A DNA stretch of 63,995 bases, counting the filler, from Octopus bimaculoides (taxonomy: Eukaryota): the NCBI RefSeq assembly GCF_001194135.2. It is 6 parts of 5 records of this genome, joined end to end, with 100 filler letters (N's around TTAATTAATTAA, not from the genome) between each part and the next. Parts side by side here need not be neighbours in the genome. Positions count along the whole stretch, not along the records: positions 62,953 to 63,995 come from NC_069002.1; 5 more parts are not named here. One strand, given 5' to 3'. A program made the translations under genes and the position numbers. Within the stretch, counting starts at the first letter, position 1. Each line of letters begins with the position of its first letter. Below are positions 62,953 through 63,995 of this stretch, piece after piece. The notes below the pieces were generated by a model, which saw nothing but the letters and a program-made list of their open reading frames with translations, was not told the origin of the DNA and made no database searches.

Positions 62953-63953
62953 CAAACACACATATATACACAAACGCACACACGCGCACACACAGAACAC
63001 ACTTTACGTATATGCAAACAAATTACCATTTTGGCATTGACCTCTTCTTCACAACAGGAATTGATGAAGGTAAGTGAGAGGTGAGGGGAGAGAAAAATGG
63101 AAGGGGTGGAGCAGAATTAGAAAGAGGAAGCGGAAAACGACGAGGAACATGAGAAGAAATGGTAAGGGAATGTGCTGTTGTTGTTGTTGTTGTTGCTGTT
63201 GTTGCTGCTGGTGGTGGTTGTGGTGGTGGTGGAGAAAATATGAAGATATGCAACGTTGGTAGGGTGAGGATATTCGTGCACCTCTTGTTGAATTGAAAAA
63301 TACGTTGTTTAGGTTTTAGAGTCGTTGAAGCGTTAGACAAATTGCCTTGTTATTCGTTCCGGCTCTTTGCGTCATGAGTTCAAACCTTTTGCAGATCTCT
63401 TCACTCTAGCTCACAGATTAAATATATATGTATATATATATGTTTTAACTAAACAGTTTGAAATTCGTGTACTGGTGTAATTTCTCACGCTGAACACGGT
63501 TTACTTTCAACACTTTTGACAAAGTTTCGTATTTTAGAATTTATTCCGTGTTAAAGTTGTCGTATTTAGGTAATTTTAACCAATCAACGACGTGTATTTA
63601 GCTGAAGAAAGCTACTGTTGTTTGTAATCTATGAATGCATTAATAAAGTTCTACCGAAGCAGGTGTCTCAAATTTTAACCGCCATTTATATTTACGTTTT
63701 ATACTTAGCCAAGGCACACGCATAACAACTGATGATGTCATTCCATCAACGTATGGACGCTGGTTGCTCTCATTCATAATTTTCGTTTAAATTTCTGTAA
63801 TTTTTAATTTTTAATCACCTTTTGTTTTGAACTTGACAAAGACAGACGTACTGTCGAAATATTGTTCAAAGAATAAAACATTTATACAACCGAATCGCGC
63901 TCTTCGTTTTGACTATTTACCTTCGTGAAGAGTTACGTCAATCCTTTAAAAAA

Positions 63954-63995
<42 letters not shown>

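Overview
Repeat-rich animal nuclear DNA (AT-rich, dense di/tri-nucleotide microsatellites, tRNA-derived SINEs, RTE and REL-type LINEs, Tc1/mariner relics). The repeat landscape suggests an octopus-like coleoid cephalopod (inference, not proven). Five identical 100-bp spacers (N44-TTAATTAATTAA-N44) split the window into six segments that may not be adjacent in the genome. The only confidently identified host genes lie in segment 22000-37540: the first two coding exons of gamma-SNAP (NAPG, minus strand) and the first two coding exons of TCAIM (plus strand). They are head-to-head, with 501 bp between the start codons, and the remaining exons of both were not found. Almost all ORFs in the supplied track are microsatellite, N-gap or decayed-transposon artefacts. 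I found no convincing new multi-gene system. The best leads are the compact NAPG/TCAIM divergent promoter, a Penelope-associated hammerhead-ribozyme-like fold at 51197-51291, repeated anchoring of REL-LINEs and an ORF-less element in (TAA)n tracts, several small MITEs with clear target-site signatures, and a few orphan exon candidates. All homology calls are from recalled motifs, without database searches.
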